From the human T2T-CHM13v2.0 reference genome, Homo sapiens: DNA of 64,000 nt. Under the pieces are notes generated by a model that saw nothing but the letters and a program-made list of their open reading frames with translations, did not search any database and had not been told where the DNA came from. A program made the position numbers and the translations under genes. Where the stretch lies: the NCBI RefSeq assembly GCF_009914755.1, contig NC_060932.1. One strand, written 5' to 3'. Positions 40,728 to 52,881 of the stretch are shown piece by piece (the first letter of the stretch is position 1; each line of letters starts with the position of its first letter).

Positions 40728-43142
40728 TGATATAGTTTGGATTTCCCCTCCAAATCTCATGATGAGATATAATTCCCAGTGTTGAAGGTGGGGCCTGGTG
40801 GGAGGTGATTGGATCATGAGGGTGGATCCCTCATGGCTTGGTGCTGTCCTCACCATAGTGAGTGAGCTCTCACCAGGTCTGGTTGTGTAAAAGTAAACCT
40901 CCCCCTGCCCTATTGCTCCTGTTCTTCCATGTGAGATGCTTGCTCCTGATTCATCTTCTGTCATGAGTAAAAGCTTCTGGAGGCCTCACCAGAGGCTGAG
41001 GAGATGCCAGCTCCACACTTGGACATGCTCCATGTCCTGTACAGCCTGCAGAAATGTGAGCCAATTAAATCTCTTTTCTTTATTAATTAGCCAGCCTCGG
41101 GAATTTCTTTATAGCAATGTAAGAAAGCCCTATCATAGAAAATTGGTACTAGAGTGTTGGTATAAAGATATCTGAAAATATGGAAGTGATTTTGGAACTA
41201 ACACTCAGAGGTTAGAAGAATTCAGAGGGCTTAAAAGACAGGATGATGAGGGAAATTTGGAACTTCTTAGAGTTTGGTTAAATGGTTGTGACTATGGTTG
41301 ATTTTGGTTGGAAATGAGAAACTTATTGGGAACTGAAGCAAAGGTCATCTTTGTTATGCCTTAGCAAAGAACTTGGCTGCATTGTGTTCATGTCCTAGGG
41401 ATCTGTGGAAGTTTGAACTTAAGAGTGATGACTTAGAGTATCTGGCAGAAGAAATTTCTAAGCAGCAAAGCATTCAACATGTGGCCTGGCTGCTTCTAAC
41501 AACCTATGCTCAGATGTGGGAGCAAAGAAATGACTTAAAGTAGGAAATTATATTCAAAGGGGAAGCAGAGTGTAAAAGTTTGGAAAATTTTCAGGCTAAC
41601 CATGTGGCAAAGAAAGTAAAAGCTTTTTAGGAAGGAGAATTGAAGCAGGGTGTGGAGCAACCAATTGCTAGAGATAGTTGCATGGCTGAAAATAAAAGCC
41701 AGTGCTTGTAGCCAAGACAATGGGGAAAAGGCCATGGAGGCATTTCAGAGATCTTTGAGGCAGCCTCTCCCATCACACTCTGAGAGGCCTAGGAGGACTG
41801 AATGGTTTCATGGACCAAGACCAGGGCCTGGTGCCCTACACAGCCTCAGGACTCTACTCCCTGTATTCTGGCCACTCCAGGTCCAGCCATGGCTCAAAGG
41901 GGTCCAGGTACCTCTTAGGCTGCTGCTTTGGAGAGTGCAAGCTGCTGTAAGCCTTGGCACCTTTCATGTGGTGTTAAGCCTGTGGGAACACAGAGTGCAA
42001 GAGCGAAGGGAGCTTGGCTGCATTTGCCTAGATTTCAGAGGATGTATGTAAAAGCCTGCATGGCCAGGCGGAAGCCTGCCTCAGAGACAGAACACACACA
42101 GAGAACTTTCACTAGGACAATGCTGAGGGGAAATGTGAGGTTGGAAGCCCCATACAGAGTCCCCACTGGGGTACCACCTACTGGAGCTATGGGAAGGGGT
42201 CACCATCCTCCAGACCCCAGGATGCTAGATCCACTGGCAGTTTGCACCCTCAGCAGGGAGAAGCTGAAGGCACTCAAGTCCAACCTATGAGAGCAACCAC
42301 ATGTGTTGAGCCCTACAGAGCCACAGGAGTGGAGCTGCCCAAGGCCTTGGGAGCCCTCTCCTTGCAGCAGTGTGTCCTGAATGTGGGACATGGAGTCAGA
42401 GGAGATTATTTTTAAGCATTAAGATGTAGTCACTGCCATGCTGCATTTCAAACTTGCATGGGGGTCTGTATCCCCTTTCTTTTGGCCAACTTCTCCCTTT
42501 TGGAACAGAAATGTTAACCCCAATGCCTCTACTCCATTGTATCTTGAAAGCAAATAATTTCTTTTTACTTTACAGGCTGATAGGTAGAAGGAACTCATTT
42601 CCAGATGAGACTTTGGTCGTTGGACTTGGGACCTTGGAGTTATGCTGGAATGAATTAAAACTTTCAGGGACCATTGAGAAAGGATGATTACATTTTGAAA
42701 TGTGAGAAGGACATAAGACTTAGGGGGCCAGGAGCAGAATGATATAGTTTGGATGTCCCCTCCAAATTTCATGATGAGATGTAATCCCAAGTGTTGGTGG
42801 TAGGGCCTAATAGTAGATGTTTGGGTCATGGGGGTGGATCCCCCATGGTGGTGCTATCATTCATTACCATAGTGGGTTAGCTCTCATGAGGTCTGGTTGT
42901 TTAAAAATGTGTGGCACTTCCCTGTCTCTCCATTGCTCTCACTTTGCCATGTGAGACACCTGCTCCTGCTTAACGTTCTGCCATGAGTAAAATCTTCCTG
43001 AGATCTCACCAGAGGCTGAGCAGATGCTTGCACCATGCTTCCTGTACAGCCTGCAGAATGATGAGCCAATTAAATATCTTTTCTTTATAAATTACTCAGC
43101 CTCAGAAATTTCTTTAGAGCAAAGCAAGAATGGCTTAATACA
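40728..43142 (+). mobile_element. Complete MSTA-type MaLR (LTR 40728-41137, internal 41138-42739, LTR 42740-43142)
   Basis: Both LTRs begin TGATATAGTTTGGAT; MaLR internal gaaaattggtact...; perfect 5-bp TSD TGCAG at 40723-40727 and 43143-43147. Confidence 0.93.
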
Positions 43143-43634
43143 TGCAGAAATAAAATTATGTACTACATACAAGATCTTAAGATTCCTTTATTACTCTCTT
43201 TCTACTTCCTTTCATGCCTTCCCTATCAAAGAAGAGTTATTAATGCAAAAATGGATTAATGCATATTTGCTAATAAGCAGAGTTATTAATAAAGCAGGTA
43301 TGTGACTTTCTGTCACTTCTTTCTCTGCTCTAATCTATGCATCTTCTGCTAGAATAATAGATCATTCAGCCACCTTGACAGCATTCACTTCTCACCAGTT
43401 TCTCCTTTCCTTGCTGGGGTGTGGAAAGTTTGGGTTTAGGCTTAAGGGAAGGAGTGAAGCCTTATGCTCTAGGCTACTTTATCTATGTTCTGCATTATGA
43501 TGTAGGGGAAAAGCCCAGCTAAATTAGGCTGTTTTGCTTTATTTTATGACTGCTCCTTGTGGGAGGCAGTGGGGAGAGCTTCCTCCGATTTAGGTCAGGA
43601 TCCTTTATTTCCTGCAGGCCCTAGCCAACATACC

Positions 43635-44220
43635 ATTAACCAAGAAAGAGTTAACATTTTCTTTAGCTTGACTTCAAGTTCAGAGAGACTTTTTTTCTGA
43701 CTCTAGGTCCTGACCTCCATTTTTATAGAGCATTTACTTTAGAAAACTTTGTGATTGTAAATTCTTTCTGTCCCTTTGAGATATAAATCTTTTAAATAGC
43801 CTCTTGCCACTTTTACAACCCAGGAATGTCTTTTTTGAAAGACCTGGGAACCATCTCTTTGAAATGTAAACATGAACGGACATTACACCCCTATCTCCCG
43901 AGTCTCCATGGGAGGGTGGAAGCCTAACTTCAATGAGCAGCAATTAGCAAACACAGATGGCCTAATCACAGAGAAAAACATTAGCGAATTTAGGAATAAC
44001 TCAATGTACTCAACACATCCCATTGATCAACCCCCCTGCTAATAGGTTAGAAGAGGGCAATGGTTATCCCTCAGTACTTTTCCACTAGCTCACCCTGTGC
44101 TTAAAACCCCTCTAACTTTTGTTTTGGTGGAATTGAGTTGTCCCTCTCTCTTATTGCAGCAGGCTGCATAAAGTCATTCTTGCCTGTTTAACTTTGTCCA
44201 CTGCAATTTCTGCTTGGACA
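43635..44220 (+). mobile_element. MER67-like ERV1 solo LTR
   Basis: ttttacaacccaggaatgtc...catctctttgaaatgtaa...aattagcaaacacagatggcctaatcac; ends ...gaca. Confidence 0.75.
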
Positions 44221-45336
44221 CCCTCTGACAACATTCTAAATCTTACATTTTCTTATGCTGCTTTGGCTGTGAGGATAGGGTGGTCTAGTTCATTTTCCAA
44301 ATTGTCCCTTAAGCAAACTCCAGAAAATTTTCTGAACCTTAGGACTACAAATAACATAATTTGAAAACTATCAAATTCTACCTTCCTCAAATGGAAAAGG
44401 AGAGATTTATCAGCATCCTCTTAATGCCACTCCTGCCCCCTACCTCCAGTCTAACACTGGTTTTACTGTATAAGCTATCATTCCCAACACATCTTCCAAA
44501 CTCTTTGGATCTAGGGCCATTTCTTGTAGGTATTGCATGCCTCCAGCCTCTTCCTTAGTTGGTATCCATTGTGGCTTAATATGGAGTCTCCAAGTCTCCA
44601 CAGAGGGGATATTCTCATTGAAACATCAAATTTGTCAAAGGTGGTGAAAGAGCGTAGTGTGGATATTAGCTGAGCCTAAAGTCATTCTTAAACTCTCTAG
44701 GTGATCTGTTGAGAAGAATGAGCCAGAGTCCTATATGTGTCTATCAATATGAACTGATTTGTTGGGAAGGAAGAACAAGGATTAGTGCTTCTAGAAAAAC
44801 AGAGAACAGCATGGCATCTATTCCCCAGGCTGGTCCAGGATGTCTGCCTGAGCTCCAGAGGAAAGCTGTGGTAAGAATTACTAGGAAAAATCAGGCTTCT
44901 CGGAATACAAACCTTACCAATTTATAATAAAATAGTCTTTATGAAAAAGTATGACAGAAGTAAGAGATGTCCATAAAACTGAAGTTCTTATTCTTAATGT
45001 AATAATAACATCAAAAAATTTGGAATAAACTCAATTATAGTGGTAAGAAGGAATGATTCCACTGAGCAGCTGGAAAAACAAATTTTTTATAATGATACTC
45101 AACTTAGTATGATTTGACCTTTAATAAAGTCACCTTAATAAGATTTCTGTGTGTATAGAGGAATAGCAGGAGGGAAGGAGAAGCAGATGAAAATGAACAG
45201 AAATTCAAATGTATTTGTTGTACATGTGGCTTACTTCCACCTGGGTTAGCATTTCTCAGAATGTGTTTTTTGGAACACCAGTGTTTTCAATCATGTTGGG
45301 ACATAATACATGCTGTATACATTTTCCTTATGGCTA

Positions 45337-45679
45337 TGTACAATGGCATTTAAAGGATGCCCCCCATGAGCTCTGTCTCCTGGTGTTCATGGCCTTGTGT
45401 CTCTTCCTGCTGAGTATGAGTGGGACCTGTAACTTGCTTCTAATCAATAAAATATGAGAAAAGTGATAGCATGTCACTTCCATGATTCTATAACATTGTA
45501 TAAGATTCCACCTTACTAGCCACTCTAGAGATTCTCCCTCTTGTCTTGACAAATTAAGCAGACATACTTGAAAAGCCAAATGGCAAGGAATTGCAGCCAG
45601 CACCTAGGAACTGCATGTAGCCTCTAGGAACTGCAGCCAGCCCTTAGAAACTGCAGGCAGTTTTGTTGTTGTTGTTGCT

Positions 45680-45712
<33 letters not shown>

Positions 45713-46297
45713 AGATGGAGTCTCGCTCTGTCACCCAGGCTGGAGTGCAGTGGCCTGATCTGGGCTTACTGCAAGCTCCGCCTCCCGGGTTCATGCCATT
45801 CCCTGCCTTAGCCTCCCGAGTACCTGGGACTACAGGCATCCATCACCACACCCGGCTAATTTTTGTATTTTTTAGTAGAGACGGGGTTTCACCGTGTTAG
45901 CCAGGATGGTCTCGATCTCCTGACATAGTGATCCACCTGCCTCAGCCTCCCAAAGTGGGCAGTTTTTAGGAATTGCAGGCAGCCTCTGAAGTTGAAGGCA
46001 CCCTCCACCTGTGAGCCAGTAACTAGCCAACTCCTTGGTCCTACAACTGCAGGGAAGAAAAAGCTGGCAACAACCTGAGTTAGCTTGGAAGTTGATTCCT
46101 CCCCAGTTCACCCTTGAGATGAGAATGCAGCCTAGCTAATAACTTGGTTGTAGCTTTGTGAGATCCTGACCAGAGGGCCCAGCTATGATGTGTCCATATT
46201 CCTGACCCACAGAAATTGTAACATGATAAAAGTGTAGAGCATTCTTTTAAGCCACTAAGTATGTATTAACTTTTTATGTTGCAAACATAAATAAATA
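45337..46297 (+). mobile_element. MLT1E-like MaLR LTR interrupted by an Alu
   Basis: ctcctggtgttcatg...gggacctgtaacttgcttcta...tcctgacccacagaaattgt...ttttaagccactaagt. Confidence 0.8.
45665..45957 (-). mobile_element. AluY, about 30 bp 5'-truncated
   Basis: gcaagctccgcctcccgggttcatgccatt; TSD ggcagtttt at 45656-45664 and 45958-45966. Confidence 0.93.
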
Positions 46298-46569
46298 TTG
46301 GAACAGACCAATTCTGATTGTAGAAATCTGTTTGTTAACTAAACATTCCATAAACTTAGTTGGGAGGTGTGAAGTACATTTGACTAAGAGTTGACAATTG
46401 TGTATTTAGCGCCCAGTACAGTGCTTAGATTACAAGGAGTACATGTACTTGAGTGAATGAATGAGTGGCTACCTGAATGAACATAGTTACAATGCTTTAG
46501 ATACTCAATAAGGATGTTTACTAACATATGGCTCTCTCCCTGAGAAATTTTTATGTTTTCCCATATTTT

Positions 46570-46930
46570 CAATGATACCTTATACTCAGTGGCTCCCAAA
46601 TCCATACCTCTGGTGATCTTTCTCATGAGATGCCAGTATTAGAAATCAAGTTTCACTTGACTATCTTGCAGGCATCTCAAACCTAACACTTCTCCCAAGG
46701 AAATTGTTGTCATCTCCGCACTACTGTCCATACAAAGCAAATCCTAGGAATTATCTCAGACTCTCTTCTGCCATGCATCTCTTGTATTCGTTTACCAAGT
46801 CATATTGTCTGTAATCTCTTGCAGCCTGATTATCTGCCTATTCTATTTCTGAGTCTAAACAACTTAATGGAGAAAATGCACAGTTTTACCATCTGGCCTC
46901 ATTTTAAATTCATCCTCTGCCTCATGCATA
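46570..46930 (+). mobile_element. L2 internal fragment
   Basis: ctcccaaatccatacctc...caggcatctcaaacctaaca...cctaggaattatctcagactc. Confidence 0.6.
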
Positions 46931-47970
46931 TCAGGCTCATCCTAAGACAAGGACAATGCCCACATACTGAGTTAGCGGAGCCCTTCCTCCTGCTTTCTCC
47001 TCTCCAGGACTCCCTCAGCTGGTCTGGAGTTTGGCTATGTCTGCCCAGGGTCCCTTCCCTCATGCCTCTGGCAAAGAGATTCTATCAGATTTATAGCCTC
47101 CTGAGCTGTGGTCTGCTTTCAAGGTAAAGTTGCAAATAATTGAGAAAATTACTTCTGATCCTGCCTCTTCTCCAAGTTTAGACTCTTCTCCCCATCACAT
47201 GCTTTGATTTACTCTTCAGGAATATTAGATGGTGTTTCATTGTTGTTGTTGTTTTAGTCTTTTGTGCAGAGTTGATATTTGTTATCAGTGGTAGGGTTTG
47301 TGTGTGAGAGCTTACATCACTATTCCAGAAGTGGAACTCTGAGAGATTTTTAATATATGAATTATGTTTGGGACTTTTTTTTACTTTGTTATTTACTTCT
47401 GGTTATATAGCATTGTATTTAAATTGTGTGGTTTACATAGTTTCAGAAATCTATTCAGATAGACTTATATGCTTATATGGCATCAATTCATAAAATGATG
47501 ACTGAAATGAAAGTTATATATTATATAGAATATACTAGAATATATTACATACAATGCACTAGAATAATATACACTATATTGTATTAGAGTACACTAGAAT
47601 AATTTATATAACATATACAAAGAAATACTCACTATCCTTATATTTTGTCTACTTGGTGTGTCAAAGATTGAAAAAATAAAATACAAGTATTGCAACATTA
47701 CTCTATTTTGTATTTTTGTTTGTATAACTGAAGATTTTTGCTTTATATATTTTATGCAATATTTTTAGAAACATAAAGATACATGACACCTATAACTCCA
47801 TTGTGAATTTAAACCCTCATCAATATAGTTATATTTATATAAAATATAAATATAACTCCATTGTGAATTTAAACTCTCATCAATATATCACTTTCTTTGA
47901 TATCGACATTGTAAGCCTTTACTCTTTGTTAACATTTACTTAGTGTATGCATGTGTGTGTGTGTGTATGC

Positions 47971-48832
47971 TGTATATCAAAAAGTATCTAAGGTAAGTCT
48001 TAATCTATTTAGAAGTTTATTTTGTCAAGGTTAAGGACAGGCCCATAACACAGCCTCAGAAGGTCCTAGAACATGTACTCAAAGTGACTGGGTTACAGCC
48101 TGGTTTTATGTGTTTTAGGAAGACATGTGACATCAATCAATACATGTGAGGTATACACATTGGTTTGCTCCGGAAAAGGCAGGGCAACTTGAAGCAGGGA
48201 CTTATATGTCATAGGTGGATACAACGATTTTCTGATCAGCAATTGGTTGAAAGAGTTCTATTATCTAAAAGACTGGAATCGATAGAAAGGGTGTTTGGGT
48301 TAAGACAAGGAGGTGTGGAGACTAGAGTTCTTATTATGTAGATGAAGCCTCATAGGTGGCTGCACCCAGATGCAATAGATAGCAAATATTTCCTATTCAG
48401 ACCCATAAAAGGTGCTAGACTCTCAGCTAATGTCTTCAGTATCAGAAGAAGACCTGGAACAGGAAGGGGGATGTAAATTTCACCCACAAGAGACACCTTT
48501 GCAGGACCATTTCAAAATATGTCAAATATATTTTGGGGTAAAATACTTTGATTTCCTTCAGGGCTTGCTATCTGTCATGTGATACTATACCATTGGAATT
48601 TAGTAACTCATTGCTACAGAGTCTGTTTTGTCAGTCTTAAGATCTCTATTTTAATGTGAATGCTAGTCAAATGTTTCTAAACTCTAAAACGGAGAAGGTA
48701 TAATGAGGCATGTCTAACCCTGTCACCCCCACTGTGGCCTGAACTAGTTTCTCAAGTTTCTTTGGAATCTGTTGGCTGAGAAGAGGGTCCATTCATTTGG
48801 TTGGGAGACTTAGAATTTTATTTTGGTTTACA
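47971..48832 (-). mobile_element. MER4-group ERV1 solo LTR (MER4B/D-like)
   Basis: TG...ttagaattttattttggtttaCA; perfect 4-bp TSD ATGC at 47967-47970 and 48833-48836. Confidence 0.88.
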
Positions 48833-48963
48833 ATGCCTAGAACTTAACTTCCTTTTGTGGATTCATTTTATTTATTTTTAAAACATATCACAAGTCAGGT
48901 ACATATAGGTAGGTTACTCCTCCCTAGACAAATAAGTTTGATCAGGACTTTTTTTTTGACTCG

Positions 48964-49766
48964 TGTTGACAAAAAGAGTCAAACCTCTGTAAAATATTTG
49001 AAGAGATTCATTCTAAGCCAAATATAAGTGACCATGGCTCATGACACAGCCTTCAGGTGGTCTTAAGAACATGTGCCCAAGTGGCTGGGGTCCAGCTTCA
49101 TTTTATACATTTTTAGGGAGGCACAAGACATCAATCAAATACATTTAAGAAATACATTGGTTTGGTCCAGAAAGGTGGGACAACTCAAAGCAGGGGTAGG
49201 GGGTTGGGGTGACTCCCAGGCTATAGGTAAATTTAAACATTTTCTGATTGACAGTTGATTGTTTGTCTAAAGACCTGGTATCTATAGAAAAGAAATGTCT
49301 GGTTAAGATAAAAGATTGTGGATACCAAGGTTCTTTTGAAGTCTTACAGTGGCTGCCCTTAGAGACAACAGATGACAAATGTTTCCTATTCAGATCTTTA
49401 AAAGGTAGACTAGACTCTTAGTTAATCTCTTCAGGATTGGGAGGGCCTGGAAGAAAAAGATCTAGCTATGTTAATAGAGATTCTTTACAGATGCAAATTC
49501 CCCCCCCCCACCTCCCCCTCCCCCTCCCACAAAGGCTTTCCAGGGCCATTTCAAAATATGGCAAAGAAACATGTTTTGGGGTAAAATATTTTTACTTTCT
49601 TCTTTGTCATGTAATGGTATGCTGGAGTCAGGTTGGAACGTAAGTCACAATATATAGGATTAAATAAAACCCCCATCTGATAAGAATTTATGGTTTGTAG
49701 GGTATGACTCCCCAGACCCCTTAGATAGGAATTTGGGCAGATAAAAAAATCAGAGCCTAGTCCTCA
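48964..49766 (-). mobile_element. MER4E/E1 ERV1 solo LTR
   Basis: TGTTGACAAAAAGAGTCAAAC...AAATCAGAGCCTAGTCCTCA; TSD ctcg / ctag. Confidence 0.88.
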
Positions 49767-49947
49767 CTAGAATAGCTATTATTAGACAATTTTTTTGATA
49801 TTATGATGTAATTATATTTTATTTTTATTGCATTTCTCCAATTTTTAAATGAGTTTATTTTCTCCTTTATAATTTGTAAAGTATATAACTTTAAATAACA
49901 TCTTTATAACCTGTGATTTTCAATGTATATACTTTCCATCTTGCAAC

Positions 49948-50589
49948 GGAAGCAGTGTGATTGTCTGGGGGGTAAATACCCGGGGTTCATCGTCTGACAC
50001 CAAGAAGATTAAGGACGTGGACACACAGGAGGAGTGGGTTTAGGAGTGGAGGTTTAATAGGCAAAAGAAACAGAAAGGAGAATAGCTTTCTCCCTGGCAA
50101 AAGAGAGGGGCTTCCAAGAGGAAAATCCGGCCTGTGGCTGACCACAGCAGATTTTCTAAACAGGCTTGAGGAGACAGTGTCTGATTTACATAGGTCCCAT
50201 AGATTGGTCTAACCAAATGTGACATTTACATAGCACATGGGGAAGGCTGGCCACTCCACCCTAATATTATGCAAATGGGCTTTCCACTTGGCCAGCACCA
50301 TCTTGTCTGCTCCTTACTGTACATGTGGCTGGCAACAAGAAGGGAACATGGAGTCACCATTTTGAACATGCCTAGTCTCAGGTAGCCTTTTCCCATTGGC
50401 ACAACTGCTGGCATTCACCCTTGCAAGCTTCCAGCTTGCTTGTCTATGTCTGCAGTTCGATTTTACAGGCTGCTCTTTGTTAGAAAAGAAAATGATCTGG
50501 GGGCTGATTTTCATTAAAAGGAAAACCTTACCTAGGACTCCCATATCCTCACTATCTGCCTAAATGATTTCTTCTTAACTCCTGTATCA
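49948..50589 (-). mobile_element. MER51/LTR9-like ERV1 solo LTR
   Basis: Reverse strand starts TGATACAGGAGTTAAGAAGAAAT; TSD CAAC is recoverable after removing the LTR12. Confidence 0.85.
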
Positions 50590-50592
50590 CAA

Positions 50593-51328
50593 TGAGAGGT
50601 GAAGCCAGCTGGGCTTCTGGGTTGGGTGGGGACTTGGAGAACTTTTCTGTCTAGCTAAAGGTTTGTAAACGCACCAATCAGCACTCTGTGTCTAGCTAAA
50701 GATTTGTAAATGCACCAATCAGCACTCTGTAAAAAATGCACCAATCAGCGCTCTGTGTCTAACTAAAGGTTTGTAAATGCACCAATCAGCACTCTGTAAA
50801 AACTTGCCAATTGGTGCTCTGTGTCTAGCTAATGGTTTGTAAACGCACCAATCAGCATGCTGTGTCTAGCTAAAGTTTTGTAAACACACCAATCAGCACT
50901 CTGTTAAAAACAGACCAATCAGTGCTGTGTAAAATGGACCAATCAGCAAGACATGGGCGGGGCCAAATAAGGCAATAAAAGCTGGCCACCTCAGCCTGCA
51001 GAGGCAACCTGCTTGGGTCCCCTTCCACACTGTGGAAGCTTTGTTCTTTCGCTCTACACAGTAAATCTTGCTGCTGCTCACTCTCTGGGTCCGCACTACA
51101 TTTATGAGCTGTAACACTCACTGCGAAGGTCTGCAGCTTCACTCCTGAAGCCAGAGAGACCATGAACCCACCGGGAGGAAGAAACCGCGGACACATCTGA
51201 ACATCTGGAGGAACAAACTCTGGACACACCATCTTTAAGAACTGTAACAGTCACCGTGAGGGTCCGTGGCTTCATTCTTGAAGTCAGCAAGACCAAGAAC
51301 CCACTGGAAGGAACCAATTCTGGACACA
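50593..51328 (+). mobile_element. LTR12-family (ERV9) solo LTR
   Basis: TGAGAGGTGAAGCCAGCTGG...TCTGGACACA; nine CCAAT boxes in tandem U3 repeats; TSD ACAA at 50589-50592 and 51329-51332. Confidence 0.95.
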
Positions 51329-52822
51329 ACAACAATATCTAATTAATCTCCTACTTAATGAGGTACGAAAAAATCAAGATATTTAAACTTGCCAGTTTTA
51401 ATCTCCTTCCTTCTGGGGGGTTTTCTTACTGTACTGTAGGATTTTGGTCTCCATTGTATTATTATCGTGTATAGATTTTTCATCTTAGCAAGAAAGAATA
51501 GGTAGATAGATGATAGATAGGAATAATTATGTATATAATCTGTAGTCATAACCATTTAGGTATAAGTATGTGTTCAAATATATACATAGCACAACTTTCA
51601 TGAAGTTTACATTTTACTTTTCATTGCACTAATTATATATTCAAGTAGATTCATCAGGAAAGATAAATGGATTCTATATTCCTAAATCTTCACATAACTG
51701 ACAGTCTCTCTGTTGTCTTTGCATTGACAAGACTGTATAGACCCCTAGTGTATGCACCTTCTATACAAATTGCTCCACTTCCATCTGTCAGCTATTTGGC
51801 TGACAATTTAAAGCTAGACTAATTTTTTTACTTGTAGGTGACCTCTTGTTGTCTAGATATTTGAAGTGTTCTTTCCTTATTCTTAGAGTTCAATAAATTC
51901 ACTAGGATGTTTCTGAATGTTGGTTGTTCTTTAATACAGTTTTTTCTATATGATAAACCCTGATCTATAGTTTCAGGTCCTCATTCAATTCAGGAATGGT
52001 TTATTCTATTTTATCTTTGAATATTTGTCTGTTGCATGTGTTCTTCTTTTCCTATTCCAGCATGACTATTATCTCAATGATGGATTTCTATTACTTTCTA
52101 TAATTTTGATTATCGTCTATTCAGTCACATTCTTTGAATGGTATGATATTCTCAAGCCTGTTCTCCATTCATAGGCTTTTACATTGTTATTTCTCTTTCT
52201 TGCTTCCAATGCAGTTTTAAGATCATCAGTGTCATTTCCCCCCCTTAATTTATTTCATGCTAACTTCCCTTTTGTTGCAGCCTGTCTCTTTCTCATCTTC
52301 TTATCATCTCCAACTTCATAGAGCTAATATTTTATTTAATTTCCTTTAAGAAGGTGAAGTCATCCAATCTTTCTTCTGTTATCTTCTTTGAACATATGCT
52401 TTTTATCAAGCAAACATAGCATATCATGCTTTCCTTTATGCTCCATACTTACTGCATAGAGACCTTCTTGTTTTTCCTTTATCCATTTTTAAATGTGACT
52501 CTTTCTTAAATTCTGAAAATTGACACAGATTAGTTGCCTTACTTCTCTGGTATACACTTGAATTCCCTAGTTAGAAGTTAGTTGGAGCCTGGATGTTGGT
52601 GTTTATGTTGTTTCTATCATTCAGGTGCTATGATGAGAGGGGATTAAGAGGGGCTATGAGCAGCGACAGTCAGGATGCTTAACTCTGTGCCTCCCTTGGT
52701 AATATGTTCACGAGGAGGGGTTGGGTTGACAGCTTTCTGATTGATATAGCGGCCCATTCTCCTTTCTTTGCCATATTTGGTGCTCAACTACAGCAGTAAT
52801 CCCCAGCTAAAACAATGGCCAG

Positions 52823-52881
52823 AGGCAACAGAGCAAGACACTCTCAAAAAAAAAAAAAAAAAAAAAAACTAAATCAATAAA
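52823..52881 (+). mobile_element. Extremely 5'-truncated Alu (last ~23 nt plus A tail)
   Basis: ggcaacagagcaagacactctc(A)n; perfect 15-bp TSD taaaacaatggccag at 52808-52822 and 52882-52896. Confidence 0.88.

Larger units (their letters stand above)
46970..52790 (-). mobile_element. Ancient L1ME/HAL1-like antisense fragments split by four nested LTRs
   Basis: T-rich antisense L1-like segments at about 46970-47970, 48833-48963, 49767-49947 and 51333-52790. Confidence 0.55.

Noticed and set aside
41650-42290. Overlapping 133-aa and 120-aa ORFs
   Set aside because: They lie in degenerate MaLR internal sequence with no gag/pol motifs
45585-45660. Repeated aggaactgcag units
   Set aside because: Appear to be internal repeats of the MLT1E-type LTR
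47971-49766. Two similar MER4 LTRs as ends of one deleted provirus
   Set aside because: Different termini and separate TSDs (ATGC versus CT(C/A)G)
50650-50950. Regularly spaced ~30-40-bp repeats that look array-like
   Set aside because: Normal LTR12 U3 CCAAT repeats without unique spacers; not CRISPR
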